Positions 61,760-64,000 of a stretch of DNA of 64,000 nucleotides are shown piece by piece. The DNA lies in the NCBI GenBank assembly GCA_036785375.1, contig JAWMAR010000243.1:1364001-1428000 (forward strand). Reading direction: 5' to 3'. A program made the position numbers and the translations under genes. The DNA is from Leucoraja ocellata. Lineage: Eukaryota. Numbering within the stretch: position 1 is the first letter of the stretch; each line of letters opens with the position of its first letter. The notes below the pieces were generated by a model. It saw only the letters and a list, made by a program, of their open reading frames with translations, did not search any database and was not told the DNA's origin.

Positions 61760-62125
61760 TCCTCGCACCTGCTCCGCCAATCAATTATATCATCGCTGAT
61801 CTTTTGCGTCAGTGCCACTTTCTTGCCCTTTGATACCCTCAATGTCCCAAAATCTATCGACCTTTTGGTTTGCATCCTCAGCAGCTGAGCCTCCACAGTC
61901 TACTTGGGGTGAGAAATCCCCATACCCCTTAAGTGAACAAACTTCTTTGTGAGTTCAGAATGACCAACCCGATTTAAAGGCTGTGTTCTAGATACCCCGT
62001 TAGGTAAGCAGCATTCTGCATCTACCCTGTCAAACTTAAGAAGAATTTTGTATGTTTCAACGAGATCACCTCTCATTCTTCCAAGCTCTAGAAAATCTTC
62101 CTTGGACAACAAACCCATGCTATCA
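61760..62125 (-). mobile_element. Old CR1 fragment
   Basis: RMRGDLVETYKIL..FDRVDAE. Confidence 0.65.
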
Positions 62126-64000
62126 GGAATCTGTTTGATGAAGTATAACAGGAGAATGAATCAACACTACCCACATTAGCAACGATACACAAAATCATCT
62201 GCTAAACTTGGATTGTTCCCTGCAATAATGCCTAATACAGACAAGATCAGTGACAAATGATCACAGGAGCTTTGATTATGTACAACATCCTATTTCTGTG
62301 CACCTTATGAATCCACTTACTAATTGCCCTTAACTCATTTAAACGAGTCGACATGTCCAAGTATTAGAGATGGGAAGGGAAAATGTGGTTTGAAGAAGGG
62401 TTTCGGCCCGAAACGTTGCCCATTTCCTTCGCTCCATAGATGCTGCTGCACCCGCTGAGTTTCTCCAGCATTTTTGCGTACCTTCGATTTTCCAGCATCT
62501 GCAGTTCCTTCTTGAACAAAATGTATTCTTAGGTTGGTTCCCTTTGAACCCGCAGGGAACCCCTGATGAGTTAATTTGCTTACTCAGCAGAATTAGAGTT
62601 GAGTTGACCCCATACTTCCCAGCAAGGAATGGCTTCTGCTATCGTGCCCATTCATAGGCGAGGAGCCAAATGTTCCTGTAAGGTTATCGCAAGTATTATA
62701 TCACCAGTTCAGCATTTTCCTGTGGAGAGAATTTGTTGAATCTGACAAAGGGTCTTGACCTGAAACATTGTCCATTTCCCTCCACAGATACCGCTGGCCT
62801 GCTGAGCTATTTTAACTGCTCCTCAAGGTATGCCCACTTTGATGAGGTTCTCCTCCACTCCCTCACAAAGGTTCTGTGAGACCACCTTTCACAACCTCTG
62901 TGCACTCTAGCTTTATCCCCCTACAACAGTCTGAAGAAGGGTCCTGACCCAAAACATCGCCTATGCATGTTTCTTTAGAGATGCTGCCTGATCTGCTGAG
63001 TTACTCCAGCACCTTGTGCCTCTTTTTGTTAAACAAGCACCTGCCATGCCTTGTGTATCCTCCAACATTTTGCTTTTTACACTGCTGGTAATGTTAGGTT
63101 TAGTCCTGTCCGGAAGATCACTTTGTTGCTGTCTCTCATCCAACTGATATTCTGGTCTTTATTACCATGCTCAGATGTGATATCTTGGTTGTGGACAATA
63201 ATTATTACTGTATTTCTTACATTACAATAGTTTACCATACTTCAAAACACTCAGCAAGCTCTAAAGTGCCCAGGGCTCTTCTGAGATCATTGTATTTTTT
63301 ATATATACTCTGCACGTTATAACTGAACTCAATGTCATTGGTACAAATGTAATACAAATGAACTGCAGATGCTGGTTTATATCAACGCTAGACACAAAAT
63401 GCTGGAACAACTCAATGGGTCAGGCAGCAACTCTGAAGAATATGGAAAGGTCGGGACCCTTCTTCAGACTATCAGGACCCCTTTCCACTATTCATCTAGA
63501 GTTGCTGCCTGACCCATCTGTGCTTGCTCCAGCCATCTTTGTATCTGTCATTGGTATATATATGAGTTTACTTGGGGATTGGGAGGAACAGGAATGATAA
63601 ATTATGAAACCTTCATGGCAAAATGACCTGTAGACACTGCCGACTCAGTGTGTGATGAATACAAGTGGGACAGGGTCAGTAGTGATGCACTTTCACAGAA
63701 GTTCCCAACTTTAAAGGAGCAAGAGATAAAGCCAAATGAAGGCTGAGGGAGCAGACAGCCGGCGGGGGAGGGTGAAGGGATATCTGTTTGTTTTCCTCAA
63801 ACAGGCTCAAGCAGCAGCCCCACCCGTCAGCACATTGCTGGTTTCCTGTGAAACTATTTCATTTTGCACTCGCTGAGATTTCCAGCTAATGAGCAACAAT
63901 TAGCAATTTCAGGTGAAACCCAAAGTGCTTGCAGCAACTGTTAATTACTTAACACTGCTAATAAGCAAGACAGAAATGTGGCAAATGGCAGAAATTATTT

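Noticed and set aside
62525-62590. Hairpin plus CTGATGAG as another hammerhead or snoRNA
   Set aside because: No GAAA core partner and no convincing C/D box pair.
43530-64000. Distal MMVDCQ-type alternative first exon or a neighbouring gene
   Set aside because: No convincing ATG-plus-donor or coding exon found by eye; may lie beyond the window.

Overview
Vertebrate genomic DNA, not microbial. The repeat content (CR1 LINE 3' ends, HE1/V-SINEs, Deu-domain SINEs, Rex/Babar LINE pieces) suggests a cartilaginous fish, probably a skate or ray (inference). The main feature is RALGDS on the minus strand: 17 coding exons from the ATG at 43293 to 1065, all with GT-AG boundaries and consistent phases (2254 nt, 751 codons + 1). 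The last exon lies left of the window. Introns and upstream DNA are repeat-dense. The best leads are: (1) a non-autonomous Helitron (59427-60576) with canonical termini carrying a degraded gene fragment resembling SAC3D1; (2) a family of short palindromic, TSD-flanked elements with minimal hammerhead-ribozyme cores of the Penelope-like type; (3) a hAT/Charlie deletion derivative and Harbinger-type MITEs, including a nested or duplicated one; (4) inverted CR1 pairs bracketing in-frame RALGDS exon blocks; (5) a perfect CArG box in the exon-1 promoter. Family and homology calls rest on recalled sequence, not database searches. Repeat boundaries are approximate unless termini or TSDs are given.
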